Shown: positions 1 to 10,572 of the stretch, in pieces
Layout of the letters: every line of letters begins with the position of its first letter
How positions within the stretch are numbered: position 1 is the stretch's first letter
Virus record (IMG/VR): IMGVR_UViG_3300009130_001466
Span: 1-64,000 of that record
Source: a virus
Reading direction: 5' to 3' (one strand)
Length of the DNA: 64,000 nt
Notes under the pieces: model-generated
What the model was told of the DNA's origin: nothing
What the model saw: the letters and a program-made list of their open reading frames with translations, nothing else
The model's database searches: none
Program-made: the position numbers and the translations under genes

Positions 1-648
1 GCAGAAATAAAATGAATAACTCCCAATCGAAGTCACGCTATCGCCAATAGTTACGCTTTCAAGACTAACGCAGTCCCTGAAAGCATTAGTCCCAATCGAA
101 GTCACACTATCAGGGATATTTATACTGGTAAGGCTGGTGTTCTCGAACGAACTATCCCCAATCGAAGTCACACTATCGCCAATAGTTGCGCTGGTAAGGC
201 TTGAGCAGGCGAAAAAAGTAAAAGACCCAATCGAAGTCACGCTATCAGGAATAGTTATGCTTTCAAGATCTTCGCAGGAGCCAAAAGCATAATCCCCAAT
301 AGAAGTCACGCTATCAGAAATAATTACGCTTGTAAGATTTTCACAGGTATAAAAAGCATATATCCCAATCGAAGTCACATTACTTCCAACGTAAATAGAA
401 GTAAGATTTTCATTTTCAAAATATCCTTCCGAGCTAGTAATACTCGTAAGATTCCGTGTCTGCTCTGTGCTAGACTGAAAGTCCGTTGTGTAGGGGTAAG
501 ATTGCGCAAGAGCAGCATCGCTCATTGGCAAATTAGCCAAGGTAATTTTCTTAGTTTCCCCAGCGCTAGTATCGACAACTGGCAAAATGTCAGTTGCTGC
601 GTTAGCCGAAGTAAGTTCCGTGAGTTGTGATATTTTCTTGTCTGCCAT
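1..648 (-). CDS. BspA/TpLRR (LRR_5) leucine-rich-repeat protein with phage fibre-like N-terminus, truncated by window edge
   Basis: Not in ORF track. ATG at 648 reads MADKKISQLTELTSANAATDILPVVDTSAGETKKITL, then 22-23 aa repeats (LTSITIPDSVTSIGxxAFxxC) open to position 1. Confidence 0.85.
   Translation of the reverse strand, partial: MADKKISQLTELTSANAATDILPVVDTSAGETKKITLANLPMSDAALAQSYPYTTDFQSSTEQTRNLTSITSSEGYFENENLTSIYVGSNVTSIGIYAFYTCENLTSVIISDSVTSIGDYAFGSCEDLESITIPDSVTSIGSFTFFACSSLTSATIGDSVTSIGDSSFENTSLTSINIPDSVTSIGTNAFRDCVSLESVTIGDSVTSIGSYSFYFC
22..378. repeat. Coding tandem repeat, 66-69 bp period (LRR units)
   Basis: cccaat(c/a)gaagtcac at 22, 91, 157, 226, 295, 364; encodes VTSIG on the minus strand. 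Confidence 0.9.
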
Positions 649-656
649 AATTTATA

Positions 657-662
657 TTACAC
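657..662 (-). promoter_or_regulatory. GTGTAA-N8-ATG motif (putative leaderless late promoter)
   Basis: aaGTGTAAtataaattATG in front of the LRR gene. Confidence 0.65.
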
Positions 663-697
663 TTAAAGAATAGAATTTTAACAAAACATTGCCTAAT

Positions 698-1216
698 TTA
701 AATTGTTGTGTTCTCACGGAAATATGATTCATAATTTATTTCCAAAAGATAGCAATCAGTATATAAACTTTTTATATATTCATCTTTGGGGTCAAACTGT
801 TTATTGGATCTGAAAAATATTTTGTTGTGTTTTTTAAAAACTTCGAAATTTTTTCTATTTTTGTCTAAAGGCAAAATCGCGCAAGAAATATTTTTTTGGG
901 AAGTCCTTTTAAAAAATTCTTCAAAAAACCATCTAACAATTTCCATATTATATTCATAAGACATCTCATTCCAAAAGAAAATGTCTATAAAAACCTTGTC
1001 CTCATATATATATCCCAAAGCTCCGCACAATAAACGATTGTCTTTTTGTAAAAAAAGTTTGTATTCTTTTTGACCATTGAAAAGTTCATTAAAATTGTAA
1101 CTAAATTTTATCTCATTAAAATTATTAATAATTTTTGTAAATTGAAGTTTCGCAATTAAATAAGATTCTTTATAATTTGCTTCTTCTGTAAAATAATATT
1201 GGCTCATATTAATCAA
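698..1216 (-). CDS. Hypothetical protein, possibly GNAT-like fold
   Basis: 172 aa ORF; segment LLCGALGYIYEDKVFIDIFF weakly resembles GNAT strands. Confidence 0.55.
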   Translation of the reverse strand: MINMSQYYFTEEANYKESYLIAKLQFTKIINNFNEIKFSYNFNELFNGQKEYKLFLQKDNRLLCGALGYIYEDKVFIDIFFWNEMSYEYNMEIVRWFFEEFFKRTSQKNISCAILPLDKNRKNFEVFKKHNKIFFRSNKQFDPKDEYIKSLYTDCYLLEINYESYFRENTTI

Positions 1217-1805
1217 AATAAAATGTTTTTTTGTTGCTGTATTCGCTGTATGTATCTAAATCAAACCCCAAACTGTTCATTTTGCCTACAATTTCATGTT
1301 CTAAAGAATTTATGTTTATCTGTTCTATGATTTTTTCATCCTTTCTCATTGTTGTGACGTATTTGCCAACTTGATAAATTTTGTCCCTTATTTTTGCTCC
1401 TGAACTTCTGCGAAATTCTTTGCAAAAAATTTGAGAAAAGTCTTTTTTTAAGAAATAAATTTTGATTTCATCATTTTCTATATCCCAGCCAATCCCATAC
1501 CATTGGAAGCCGTCTGGTTCCGACTCTTGAATATTAAGAGCTTTTAGCATTTTTTGAGCATTTTTTTGGAATAAATTCGGATTGGTTTTAGTCCCAAAGA
1601 TAAATCTAGAGCAATTTACAGATTTACCGCAAATGCTAATGGGATAAGAATAACTGGATAAATGTCTGTTTTCCCGAATGTCGTCCTCGCTTATTAAAGA
1701 TAGGGTTTTCACAATAAAGTCGTACTCTTGATGGCTAACTAAATCGATTATTAAGCAAACTTCTTTCTGAAAAATGTAAAATTTCTCTTTAACTTCTTCA
1801 AGCAT
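1209..1805 (-). CDS. Hypothetical protein
   Basis: 198 aa ORF preceded by TATAAT-N5-ATG; overlaps the next gene. Confidence 0.7.
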   Translation of the reverse strand: MLEEVKEKFYIFQKEVCLIIDLVSHQEYDFIVKTLSLISEDDIRENRHLSSYSYPISICGKSVNCSRFIFGTKTNPNLFQKNAQKMLKALNIQESEPDGFQWYGIGWDIENDEIKIYFLKKDFSQIFCKEFRRSSGAKIRDKIYQVGKYVTTMRKDEKIIEQININSLEHEIVGKMNSLGFDLDTYSEYSNKKTFYFD

Positions 1806-1831
1806 AATTTATTATAAATTTAATTTAAAAA

Positions 1832-1837
1832 GTGTAA
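1832..1837 (+). promoter_or_regulatory. GTGTAA-N8-ATG motif
   Basis: aaGTGTAAacttaaatATG in front of the gpL-like gene. Confidence 0.65.
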
Positions 1838-1845
1838 ACTTAAAT

Positions 1846-2817
1846 ATGGCGGAAGGAATAAATCAAAAAGTAGCTTCAGAGGCAATGTCTCTTGATCCAA
1901 GTCAAATTTTGGAATTTTATTTGATATATTATGATTGGCCAGAAGATCAAAATAGTGTTTTAGCTCTAACCCCATATCAAAAATCAATTTCAGATAGGAT
2001 CATATGGCAAGGGCAGGAATTTATATCATACCCAATGGAAGCCGAAGGTTTCGAAGTCAAAGGGGATAATAGTTTACCAAGACCTAGGCTCAAAGTATCC
2101 AACATACAATATGTTATATCTAAATATTTAAAAGTCCATAATAATCTAATCGGGGCAAAAGTAGTTAGAAAGCGAACTTTTGCAAGGTTTTTGGATGACA
2201 TAAATTTTGAAGGAGGTAAAAACCCATATTTTGACATTTCTACACAAGCAAGCGAGGCTTCTGGCGAAATGTTTCTGCCTGATCAGACCTTTTACATAAA
2301 CAGAAGAACTACAGAAACAAAAGAATTAGTTGAATTTGAATTGTCTACCGTTTTTGAGTTAGATAATGTTTATATACCAAATAGAAACGTTTATTCTAGA
2401 TATTGTACATGGATATACAGAGGGCATGGCTGTAGGTACGCGGGGAAGCCAAAAACAACCTCAAATTCTCAACCATTTACGGATTCTAGCGGAGCTACTG
2501 TTACTCCATCGACAAATAAAGGATTATGGAAAAGCGGCTCAACTTACAGTAAAGGTGATTACGTTTTCGTCCAAATTGAAAATTTCGTCATAAGAAAAGA
2601 AGATGAAACAGATTTATCTGCACCAGCAGAAAGGCTAAAAACATTTTATGTTTGTGTCGCTAATAGTGTATCGGGGAATGAAAATTTTCCACCGATATCA
2701 AAAAATTGGCAAAAAGATGAATGCTCAAAAAAAGTCTCTGATTGTAAATTAAGATTTGGAGGTCAATTAAGGTTTGGAGGATACCCAGGAACTCATGCAT
2801 ACCCACCAAAAGGATAA
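1846..2817 (+). CDS. Minor tail protein L (lambda gpL-like)
   Basis: YPMEAEGFE, LPRPRLKVSN, GAKVVRKRTFARFLD, Cys pattern CTWIYRGHGCRY...DECSKKVSDCKLRF, FGGYPG. Confidence 0.92.
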   Translation: MAEGINQKVASEAMSLDPSQILEFYLIYYDWPEDQNSVLALTPYQKSISDRIIWQGQEFISYPMEAEGFEVKGDNSLPRPRLKVSNIQYVISKYLKVHNNLIGAKVVRKRTFARFLDDINFEGGKNPYFDISTQASEASGEMFLPDQTFYINRRTTETKELVEFELSTVFELDNVYIPNRNVYSRYCTWIYRGHGCRYAGKPKTTSNSQPFTDSSGATVTPSTNKGLWKSGSTYSKGDYVFVQIENFVIRKEDETDLSAPAERLKTFYVCVANSVSGNENFPPISKNWQKDECSKKVSDCKLRFGGQLRFGGYPGTHAYPPKG

Positions 2818-3187
2818 ATTTATAAACGATCTTGTAAAATATGCAAATACAGACACGAGTAAAGAGGTTTGTGGTTTTGTATGTTATAGAGACGGAGAGC
2901 TTTTTTTAAAGCCAGCAAAGAATCATTCAAAAGATAATGATATTTTTATAATAAACCCCGCAGATTTTTTAGAAAGAAAATTAAGCGGCGAGCTTTTGGC
3001 AATATTCCACACTCACGTTAATGCTAAAGAAGATCCCTCTGAGTATGATATTGAAAATTCAAAAAATTGTCTTTACCCCTTTTTGATATATTCTTTAGCT
3101 ACTGAAAGATTTCACTTATTTGACATGCCTCATTTCGAAAGACCAGAAAAAGGTGTAATAAGATTAAAGGAGTTTTTGGATGACTAA
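2795..3187 (+). CDS. Tail assembly protein K-like, JAB/MPN domain only
   Basis: EVCG...AIFHTH...PSEYD JAMM motif; no NlpC/P60 part; ATG at 2795 preferred to TTG at 2774. Confidence 0.85.
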   Translation: MHTHQKDKFINDLVKYANTDTSKEVCGFVCYRDGELFLKPAKNHSKDNDIFIINPADFLERKLSGELLAIFHTHVNAKEDPSEYDIENSKNCLYPFLIYSLATERFHLFDMPHFERPEKGVIRLKEFLDD

Positions 3188-3782
3188 TGTTATAATACAT
3201 GGAGAATTAGCTACAATCTGCGGCAAACAGCACGGATTTAAAGTAAACAAGCTTTTGGATATAACAAGAGCTTTGAATGCGAATAACCCCAGAGTTAGAA
3301 ATTTTTTAATTTCTAAATTTAAAGAAGGACTAAGTTATGCGTTTATAGATCCAAAGAATCCAAATAAAAAATGGGAAACTGTGGAGCAACTTTCTTCTGC
3401 CAAAGCTCCCGAAGAAGTGCATATAGTCCCCGTTGTAAATGGAGCTTTTGTGGTGTCAGCCGTTGTGGCAGCTGTAACGGCAGTAGCTGGTTTTGTAGGT
3501 GCAGCTTTTGCTGCACTGGGAACCGCATTAGCTAGTGGCGGATTTTTGGCAAATTTGGGCATAGGCCTATTAATACAAGGTGTTATGTCTTTATTGTTTC
3601 CTGTTGAAATGCCAAAGCTTGCCGATCAGAAGGTGGAAACCAAAATCGATCAATCTAGTTATATTTTTAGCAATTTAGAAAACAATGTAGTGCAAGGATT
3701 TCCTATTCCTTTAGTTTATGGAGAGTTGAGGATTGGATCAAATATTATCTCAACAAACGTTATTGCTGAAGATTTAGTATAA
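3180..3782 (+). CDS. Tail assembly protein I (lambda gpI-like)
   Basis: VIIHGEL, IVPVVNGA, hydrophobic Ala/Gly segment, SYIFS...QGFPIPLVYGELRIGSNIIS. Confidence 0.9.
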   Translation: MTNVIIHGELATICGKQHGFKVNKLLDITRALNANNPRVRNFLISKFKEGLSYAFIDPKNPNKKWETVEQLSSAKAPEEVHIVPVVNGAFVVSAVVAAVTAVAGFVGAAFAALGTALASGGFLANLGIGLLIQGVMSLLFPVEMPKLADQKVETKIDQSSYIFSNLENNVVQGFPIPLVYGELRIGSNIISTNVIAEDLV

Positions 3783-6700
3783 TGAGTTTTTATAAAAACA
3801 GATTTAGGAAAAAAATATCAATCGCTGGTAGAAGTAAGGGAGCTAAGCCCTCTTATCTTATGCCTCCGAATGGAGCTTTTTCAAAAATTGGTTTCCAGAT
3901 TTATGAAGCATTAGATTTGATATGCGAAGGCCCAGTAGCTGGCCTCACAGATAAAAGAGGATTACTTTTGCAGGGGGATTACGCCAAAAAAGAGTTTAAA
4001 CAAGACGATAATAAAATTGGCAGTTCAACAAATGGAATTGATAAAGGTATTTACTTTAACGATGTCTCATTAAGGGAAGAGACTAACCAGCCAACGCATT
4101 CAAAATATGATGTAGAATTTAGAGATGGATCTGAATTTCAAAAAGCTAGTTCTATAGTAAAAACGCCAAGTAAGCTACATAAAATATCAACTCCGATAAA
4201 GGGGCCATACGAAATGGGCGTTCCATTGTTTGAAGGTTCTGTTGCTAGTGTATCTTGGATTGATCCTAATGATTATATCGAAACAATAAACCAAACGTCA
4301 TCGGGATTTGCGCGTTTATTTTTGTTCTTTGCATTGCTGGGTAATAAAAATGAAAAATATCGAGTGATCACGTCCTCGCCTCATGGAATAACAAATGATG
4401 ATATGGGATATGCTTTTGTTGTTTCTGGCTCTAACAATCTAAATCTTAATGGCACCTACGCTGCAATAGAACGATCCGTAAGTCCTACAGAAATTGTAGT
4501 GTCTTTGCCTAAGAGTAATAATAACTATTATAACGCTACGGGCGGAACATATAAAGTTTTAGAGTTGGGTTCAGAAAACGGAGCGAGAAAAGGTACGGGA
4601 AGTAGAGATGTAAGAAGGGAGGGTACGAGCGCTAGAGACTTTGTAAATTGGCAAAATCTTGGAGTAAGAGAGGTTTTAGAAAAACCATATAACTATGTAA
4701 ATTACGATAAAAATGTAAACAAATTAACAATCGGTTTGCAAATAGACGGTCTTAGCGATACAAAAAGTTATGCAACCGCAAGTGAAAATGATGCAGGAAG
4801 AAGCAGAATGGGTACGCCGCTGCCATTAACCGTAACTCTCCAGGTGCTCGTAGGAAAGGTTGATAAGGATGGTATAGAAACAATCCAAACAGCATCATTC
4901 ACAACAAGAAGCGGCAAAGGGGTGACTCTCGGCGATGGTAACGGGATAATCTCAATAAGCGGAATCATATCTGCTCCATATTCAATTAGTTTGGAAAATA
5001 TAACTTTGCCAGCTTTATCTGATACTGATATATATAATTTTGTAAGAGTGAGAAAATCACAATACGAAACTTATTCCAATTTAATTAAAAGAGATATTGG
5101 GGTCGCCACTATAACAGAAATAAATGATCAGACTTATGTATATCCCAATTCCTGTTATGTAGCGACTTCTATAGATTCAAAATATTTCCCGCAAGTTCCG
5201 AGTAGAACTTTCAGACTTAAAGGTAAGAAAATTTTAATACCATCGAATTATAACCCAATTAATGCGAATGGGTCTGATAGAAGATTTTCTAGTGACGGAT
5301 CAACAAGAGGTAATCAAATTTACAGTGGCAACTGGGATGGAACATTCAAATTTGGATGGTCCGATAATCCTGCTTGGATTTATTATGATCTTTTAATCAA
5401 TACTAGATATGGAATAGGGTCCCACTTAAGGGATGTAGAAATTGTTGATAAGTGGACTTTATATGAAATAGGTATGTATTGTGATGCGGTCACAATGAAT
5501 GACGGAAGCAAAACAACAAATGATTATGGCGGTGCTGGCTATTTCATTGGTTTAGATGATGGATTTGGAGGCTTAGAACCAAGATTTAGCTGCAATATTA
5601 TTATAAAAGATCAATTAGGGGCTTTTGAAGCGCTTCAAGATTTGGCTCGGTCTTTCAGGGCGATGACTTACTTTAATAATTCTTGTGTGACTGTCAAAGT
5701 GGATAGGCCGTATTTTTTTGAAGACTTCAATAATACGGCCACCACAGCACCAAAAGAAAATAAGTTTCCCCCTCATCTAATTTTTAATAATTTAAATGTT
5801 AAAGACGGAATGTTTTCTTATGCAGATGTAGATAAATCAACTAAATTATCTGCTGTAGAAGTTTCTTTTTTAGATAAAAAAAATAATTACAGAAGCGCAA
5901 CAGAATACGTCGAAGATACTGAGGCTATTAAATATGTCGGATTAAACTTTAAACAAATAGATGGCATTGGTGTCACTTCCAGGTCTCAAGCTCATAGATT
6001 AGCTAAATACATTTTATTTGAATCTCAATACACGACCGAAACAGTTTCTTTTAGTGCTGGGTTTGAAGGTCTTCTAATAGAACCAGGAGATATAATCATG
6101 GTTGAAGACGAAATGAGAAATTTTACTAAAAATTTCGGAACAATATTGGGGGCAAGTGGAGAGACGACTTACTACGATCCAGATGGAGTTGGAAATCTTG
6201 CAACATTAACTACTGGGAAAGGCCCAGAAGCTATAATTGTGGAACCAGCTATTGGCAGCGATCAATTAGATTATATAACTGGAGGGAATATACACATATA
6301 TAATCCAGTAGGCAAATCTGGAATCGATGATTTTTACAAAAATCCATCTAGTAATAATGAACTTTATAAGGAAATACATAATCCACAAGTAATATCTTTG
6401 CAAATTAAACCAGGTGGTTCTGGATTAAGCTATGATATAGTAGATAGTGGAGTAGCTATATATATAAATGGCTTAAACAATTTTGCAAATGGGAATGCTC
6501 AAAGCCAATGGTTCTCGGAAAAAGATGTGAATATAAGACATGGATCTATCTACAATATTGATGCAAGCGGTAGATCTCCAAACTATTATAGAGTATTAAA
6601 TATACAAGAAGATAAAGAAAAAGGATTCAATATATCTGCGACAATTCACCATACTGGCAAATTTAAATTTGTTGAAGAAAATATAGCCTTTGATATAGAA

Positions 6701-9238
6701 GATGATACGTTCCAACCAGATTTAAGATTAACTGAAGTTATTAGACCAGTAAAGCCAGCTTCAGTAGTCACTGGAGCAAAAATTGAAAACGCTGATAATT
6801 CTTTAAGTTTGCCTATAACCATAACAGATCCAGCTTCGGGGATACCTGAAAAATATATTGTATTTCTAGAAGAGCCGAATACAAATGTTATAATTTCTGA
6901 AGTTTTTAAAAGTCCTAGTTCGCAAACAGTATTTACTTTAAGTGGGACAGCGAAAATAGATCAAGTTGGAGATTATGAAATCAATGTATTTTCGGAAAAT
7001 ATAACTCCAATTAAATCAAGAAGTACCGATGCGACATCGGTATCTTTTACTACACAAGTGTCCGATTTCGGATTAAGTCCTCAGGATAATTTTGTTGAAT
7101 ATCAAAATATTTTTATAAATACTGCATACCAGTCATCATATGACAATACAAACGAAACTGGAACTGCTCAAAATTCTTTTTTTGAAAATGATCCGAATAT
7201 AAATGCCGTTATTAATTTTGAATTTGAAGATATATTTGGTAATAGCGGCGCATCTGTAACGGACACAGTAAATGATCAAGTAATTAATTTAAAAGATTCT
7301 GAGGGCAATATTATACAAAATAATTTTAAAACACTTTCTAATCAAAGTTCTGTAACTATATTAAATTCAGAATTAAATAATGCATTTAATTACACTGGAG
7401 ACGGAAAATATATAATGCCTCCAAGTCTAGACTTTGAAGTTTCAAGTTTTGAATTAGCTGGCTCCGAACCAACAACTCAAATTTTTGATTTTGAGCAAAG
7501 CTTTGATGAGACTCCTACTGTTTTTATGTATGAAGTAGTTGATGGAGATTATAGTGATTTTTCTAAGCCTATCGGAAGAGTAAGTTCTACAAGTGAGAGT
7601 TTTTCTGTTACTGGTGTTTCAGATAGAGCTGCAAAATACGCTTATATAGCCTCAAAAACAGGGGTTTTTAAATTTAATGGAGCTTCAAAAACAATACAAA
7701 TAGGCAATGCAAATAACGATAATACTTCCAATTATCAATTTGTAGGTTTTCATGAAGATTTTAATGTCGCTCCTAAAGTATTCGTACAGCTTCAAAAACC
7801 CGACACCGCAACAGAAACTTATTTTTCAAATACTTGTATAACAGGGGTTTCTACAAGCGGCTTCTTCTTTAAATCTTTTCAATCAGATTTGACTGTTGCC
7901 GATGGAACTGGATTATATGCTTATATAGCTTTAGATCAGAATATTTTTAATGTTTCCTCTTCTAGTAATCTTCCAATATTATCATTGAATTATTGCGCTA
8001 CTGGGGAACAATCTTATCAATTTTCATCTGATAATATTTTAGAGCCAGCAAATGGATCCAATAATGTGGGATTAAGATTTGACCACGATCAATATGCTGT
8101 TATGTGTCAAAGATCTGGAGATAATTCATACTTCAATGATAAATTCTTTGTTGTTCATAGGACAGGAAATGAAAATAAAGTTTTCCAGCATATGTTAGAA
8201 ACGGGTTTGGAGCCAGGACTTAGATCTCAATTAACTGGAGGTGCTACAAACCATATACTTATTACTGGAGGCGGTTTGCAAATAGACACTGGTAATTTCA
8301 CATTAGCTGCTTGGGTGAAATTTAATAACAATTTAAATGGCAAACAATATCTATTAGAGTCTCACAAAAATGGAACTGGCGTGGCTTGGTTCCAATCTGG
8401 CGATGGAAAAAATTATTTAAATTTAAATGGAACGGATTATTTGGCAGCTACTGGCGCAACTACATTAAATGATGATAATTTACATTTCTTGCAAATAGTT
8501 GTTGATAGAGAAAATGGTTTAACGGGGTATTTGGACGACGCTACAAATTTCAATGTAAATACGTCTATAACTGGTCTTAGAGATGAATCTTTTATAACTG
8601 AATTTAATATTACTGGAGTTGGAACTGGTGTTTCTGGAAATGCAAATACATTTGATGGAGAATATACTGGATCTTCATCTTTGTTCCAAAATACAACCAC
8701 AAGTGGATTAAGATTTAAATTAGATGGAGTTAAATGGATATTGACTGACGAAGATGTTGGGAGTCCAAGTTTTGGGAAAATAGCTTGGGAAGGTGGTAAC
8801 AATATTAATTACCCTTGGAATGTAACTTCTTGGACTGGGGTGGACGCTTTGGGGACAAGTTCTGCTCCATCTTTCTCTGGACTTTCTCCTTTTGTTGGTG
8901 TGAGTTTAAATTCCCAAACAGGTTTTAAAGTTTTAGGAAATTCGGAACTAAACGGAGAAGCCTTAACTAGTGGACATATTAATAAATATTTCTCATTAAT
9001 AAGCGGAACAACCGTAGGAAATTATTTTAGCAATCCAAACAGTTTTTTCACTAGCTTTACAGGAAATACAAATACAGAATTTATATTCAATATAACAGGC
9101 TTCCCATCATTGATAGATGCCTCCGAAAATACAACAATAAGCTTATTAGGCGATATAGAAAGATCAGAAGAAATAATAAATAGATCATTTAGCTCTAATT
9201 TTAATTTTATGCAAATAGGGGTTACAGGTACATTATGA
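3782..9238 (+). CDS. Central tail tip / host specificity protein J with C-terminal lectin-like domains
   Basis: DLICEGPVAGL, WDGTFKFGWSDNPAWIYYDLLINTRYGIG, EPRFSCN, GVTSRSQAHRLAKY, PGDII; C-terminal LamG-like NFTLAAWVKF. Confidence 0.92.
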   Translation: MSFYKNRFRKKISIAGRSKGAKPSYLMPPNGAFSKIGFQIYEALDLICEGPVAGLTDKRGLLLQGDYAKKEFKQDDNKIGSSTNGIDKGIYFNDVSLREETNQPTHSKYDVEFRDGSEFQKASSIVKTPSKLHKISTPIKGPYEMGVPLFEGSVASVSWIDPNDYIETINQTSSGFARLFLFFALLGNKNEKYRVITSSPHGITNDDMGYAFVVSGSNNLNLNGTYAAIERSVSPTEIVVSLPKSNNNYYNATGGTYKVLELGSENGARKGTGSRDVRREGTSARDFVNWQNLGVREVLEKPYNYVNYDKNVNKLTIGLQIDGLSDTKSYATASENDAGRSRMGTPLPLTVTLQVLVGKVDKDGIETIQTASFTTRSGKGVTLGDGNGIISISGIISAPYSISLENITLPALSDTDIYNFVRVRKSQYETYSNLIKRDIGVATITEINDQTYVYPNSCYVATSIDSKYFPQVPSRTFRLKGKKILIPSNYNPINANGSDRRFSSDGSTRGNQIYSGNWDGTFKFGWSDNPAWIYYDLLINTRYGIGSHLRDVEIVDKWTLYEIGMYCDAVTMNDGSKTTNDYGGAGYFIGLDDGFGGLEPRFSCNIIIKDQLGAFEALQDLARSFRAMTYFNNSCVTVKVDRPYFFEDFNNTATTAPKENKFPPHLIFNNLNVKDGMFSYADVDKSTKLSAVEVSFLDKKNNYRSATEYVEDTEAIKYVGLNFKQIDGIGVTSRSQAHRLAKYILFESQYTTETVSFSAGFEGLLIEPGDIIMVEDEMRNFTKNFGTILGASGETTYYDPDGVGNLATLTTGKGPEAIIVEPAIGSDQLDYITGGNIHIYNPVGKSGIDDFYKNPSSNNELYKEIHNPQVISLQIKPGGSGLSYDIVDSGVAIYINGLNNFANGNAQSQWFSEKDVNIRHGSIYNIDASGRSPNYYRVLNIQEDKEKGFNISATIHHTGKFKFVEENIAFDIEDDTFQPDLRLTEVIRPVKPASVVTGAKIENADNSLSLPITITDPASGIPEKYIVFLEEPNTNVIISEVFKSPSSQTVFTLSGTAKIDQVGDYEINVFSENITPIKSRSTDATSVSFTTQVSDFGLSPQDNFVEYQNIFINTAYQSSYDNTNETGTAQNSFFENDPNINAVINFEFEDIFGNSGASVTDTVNDQVINLKDSEGNIIQNNFKTLSNQSSVTILNSELNNAFNYTGDGKYIMPPSLDFEVSSFELAGSEPTTQIFDFEQSFDETPTVFMYEVVDGDYSDFSKPIGRVSSTSESFSVTGVSDRAAKYAYIASKTGVFKFNGASKTIQIGNANNDNTSNYQFVGFHEDFNVAPKVFVQLQKPDTATETYFSNTCITGVSTSGFFFKSFQSDLTVADGTGLYAYIALDQNIFNVSSSSNLPILSLNYCATGEQSYQFSSDNILEPANGSNNVGLRFDHDQYAVMCQRSGDNSYFNDKFFVVHRTGNENKVFQHMLETGLEPGLRSQLTGGATNHILITGGGLQIDTGNFTLAAWVKFNNNLNGKQYLLESHKNGTGVAWFQSGDGKNYLNLNGTDYLAATGATTLNDDNLHFLQIVVDRENGLTGYLDDATNFNVNTSITGLRDESFITEFNITGVGTGVSGNANTFDGEYTGSSSLFQNTTTSGLRFKLDGVKWILTDEDVGSPSFGKIAWEGGNNINYPWNVTSWTGVDALGTSSAPSFSGLSPFVGVSLNSQTGFKVLGNSELNGEALTSGHINKYFSLISGTTVGNYFSNPNSFFTSFTGNTNTEFIFNITGFPSLIDASENTTISLLGDIERSEEIINRSFSSNFNFMQIGVTGTL

Positions 9239-10131
9239 GACTAAATCAACCAGTAGTAGGGCAGCATCCAGCAACATCTGGATATCAACTTGAATGCTTT
9301 GTCAGTTCAGATGGCGGAGCTGGCTTTTCTAGCGGGTCTGGAACTTTGAACGTCGAATTCCCAAGGTTCGCAATCACGGGAATGGAATTCAATGGCGAAA
9401 ATCTTCTTTTTGAGCCGACTGGTGAAGGATTATTGCTCATGGAAGATATAAACGTTTTAGAAGGTTTTATAACTTTAGAAACTTTTTTTTCTGGCGATTT
9501 AAATGGTAATACTGGCCTATCAATCCAAAACATAAAAAGTGTTGATATTTATACTGGATCCGACCCAACATTTAAACCAGATACTATTAATTTCGAAAAT
9601 AGAATTGATTCTGAACCCGTCTCATTGCAATCTGGAGATGAATCTATATTCATAACAATTAATTCTGGCGATATCGACAATAGAATCGAGGAGAATATAT
9701 TTTACAAAGCATTGCCAGTTGATTATTTAACTTTTGGTCAAGAGTCTAATGCGGTTAGCGGTACTATGTTCGGGGGATTTGAAGATTTTTCTAAAATCAC
9801 AAGTTCATCAGATGTTGTCATTTCTAGATCAAATGGAAATGATATAAGATATTATTCTGCCTCAATAACAGATATATATACAGGTGTTAAAATTATCATT
9901 TCAAACGAAGTCCCAAAAGATTTTGTAGCTAGTTTTAGGGTTAGAACAAACAGCGAAGATATTATAATTTCTGGAAGTGGCAGCGCAAATTTGCAGTCTT
10001 CTGACGATAACTTTGTCGTTTCAAATAATTCAATAACGCTGCCAGCTGGAAATGATCTTGCGGAATTTGAAATTAGTTCTTTATTAGACGAAAATGAAAC
10101 AAGAACGGCTTTTGTGGTGGGTGGTTTATAA
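9235..10131 (+). CDS. Putative virion tail-tip accessory protein
   Basis: 298 aa acidic, beta-rich ORF coupled to J by ATGA overlap. Confidence 0.6.
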   Translation: MRLNQPVVGQHPATSGYQLECFVSSDGGAGFSSGSGTLNVEFPRFAITGMEFNGENLLFEPTGEGLLLMEDINVLEGFITLETFFSGDLNGNTGLSIQNIKSVDIYTGSDPTFKPDTINFENRIDSEPVSLQSGDESIFITINSGDIDNRIEENIFYKALPVDYLTFGQESNAVSGTMFGGFEDFSKITSSSDVVISRSNGNDIRYYSASITDIYTGVKIIISNEVPKDFVASFRVRTNSEDIIISGSGSANLQSSDDNFVVSNNSITLPAGNDLAEFEISSLLDENETRTAFVVGGL

Positions 10132-10572
10132 TTCTTTTAAATACATACTCTCTATATGTTTGTATTTTTTTCTTGTATAGAGCTTTTTTAATTTATCTGG
10201 CATTGAATTTTCCAAATGGACCATTGCAATTCTTTTACAGCCTATAGATTTTGCATAATCTTCAAATTTATTAAAAATTTTAATCCCAGACCCTCTGTAA
10301 TTCTCATGGACATACCAAAAAGCTTCAGTACAACATAAAGCGCCATCTTCTACTGCGGGAGTTATAAAAAAACCCAGAGCGCCAATGATCTTTTTGTCTT
10401 TTTCCAGAGCGAAAATTTTACCACTTTTGGTTTCAATTAATTTTTTCCAGGTTGGAAGCCAGTTTTTTCTAAAACCATTTACATCTTCTTTATAGGGCAA
10501 GGTTTTATAAAAGATTTCAATAATATCTTGAAGCTCCCTTAACTGGTCAACTGTTTTTACTTCAAATATCAT
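10126..10572 (-). CDS. GNAT family N-acetyltransferase
   Basis: WYVHENYRGSGIKIF acetyl-CoA binding motif; start at 10572 (TAATG overlap) preferred. Confidence 0.85.
   Translation of the reverse strand: MIFEVKTVDQLRELQDIIEIFYKTLPYKEDVNGFRKNWLPTWKKLIETKSGKIFALEKDKKIIGALGFFITPAVEDGALCCTEAFWYVHENYRGSGIKIFNKFEDYAKSIGCKRIAMVHLENSMPDKLKKLYTRKKYKHIESMYLKEL

Noticed and set aside
22-378. CRISPR-like regularly spaced repeats
   Set aside because: The period is a multiple of 3, the spacers resemble each other, and the region is an open LRR reading frame on the minus strand; no cas operon
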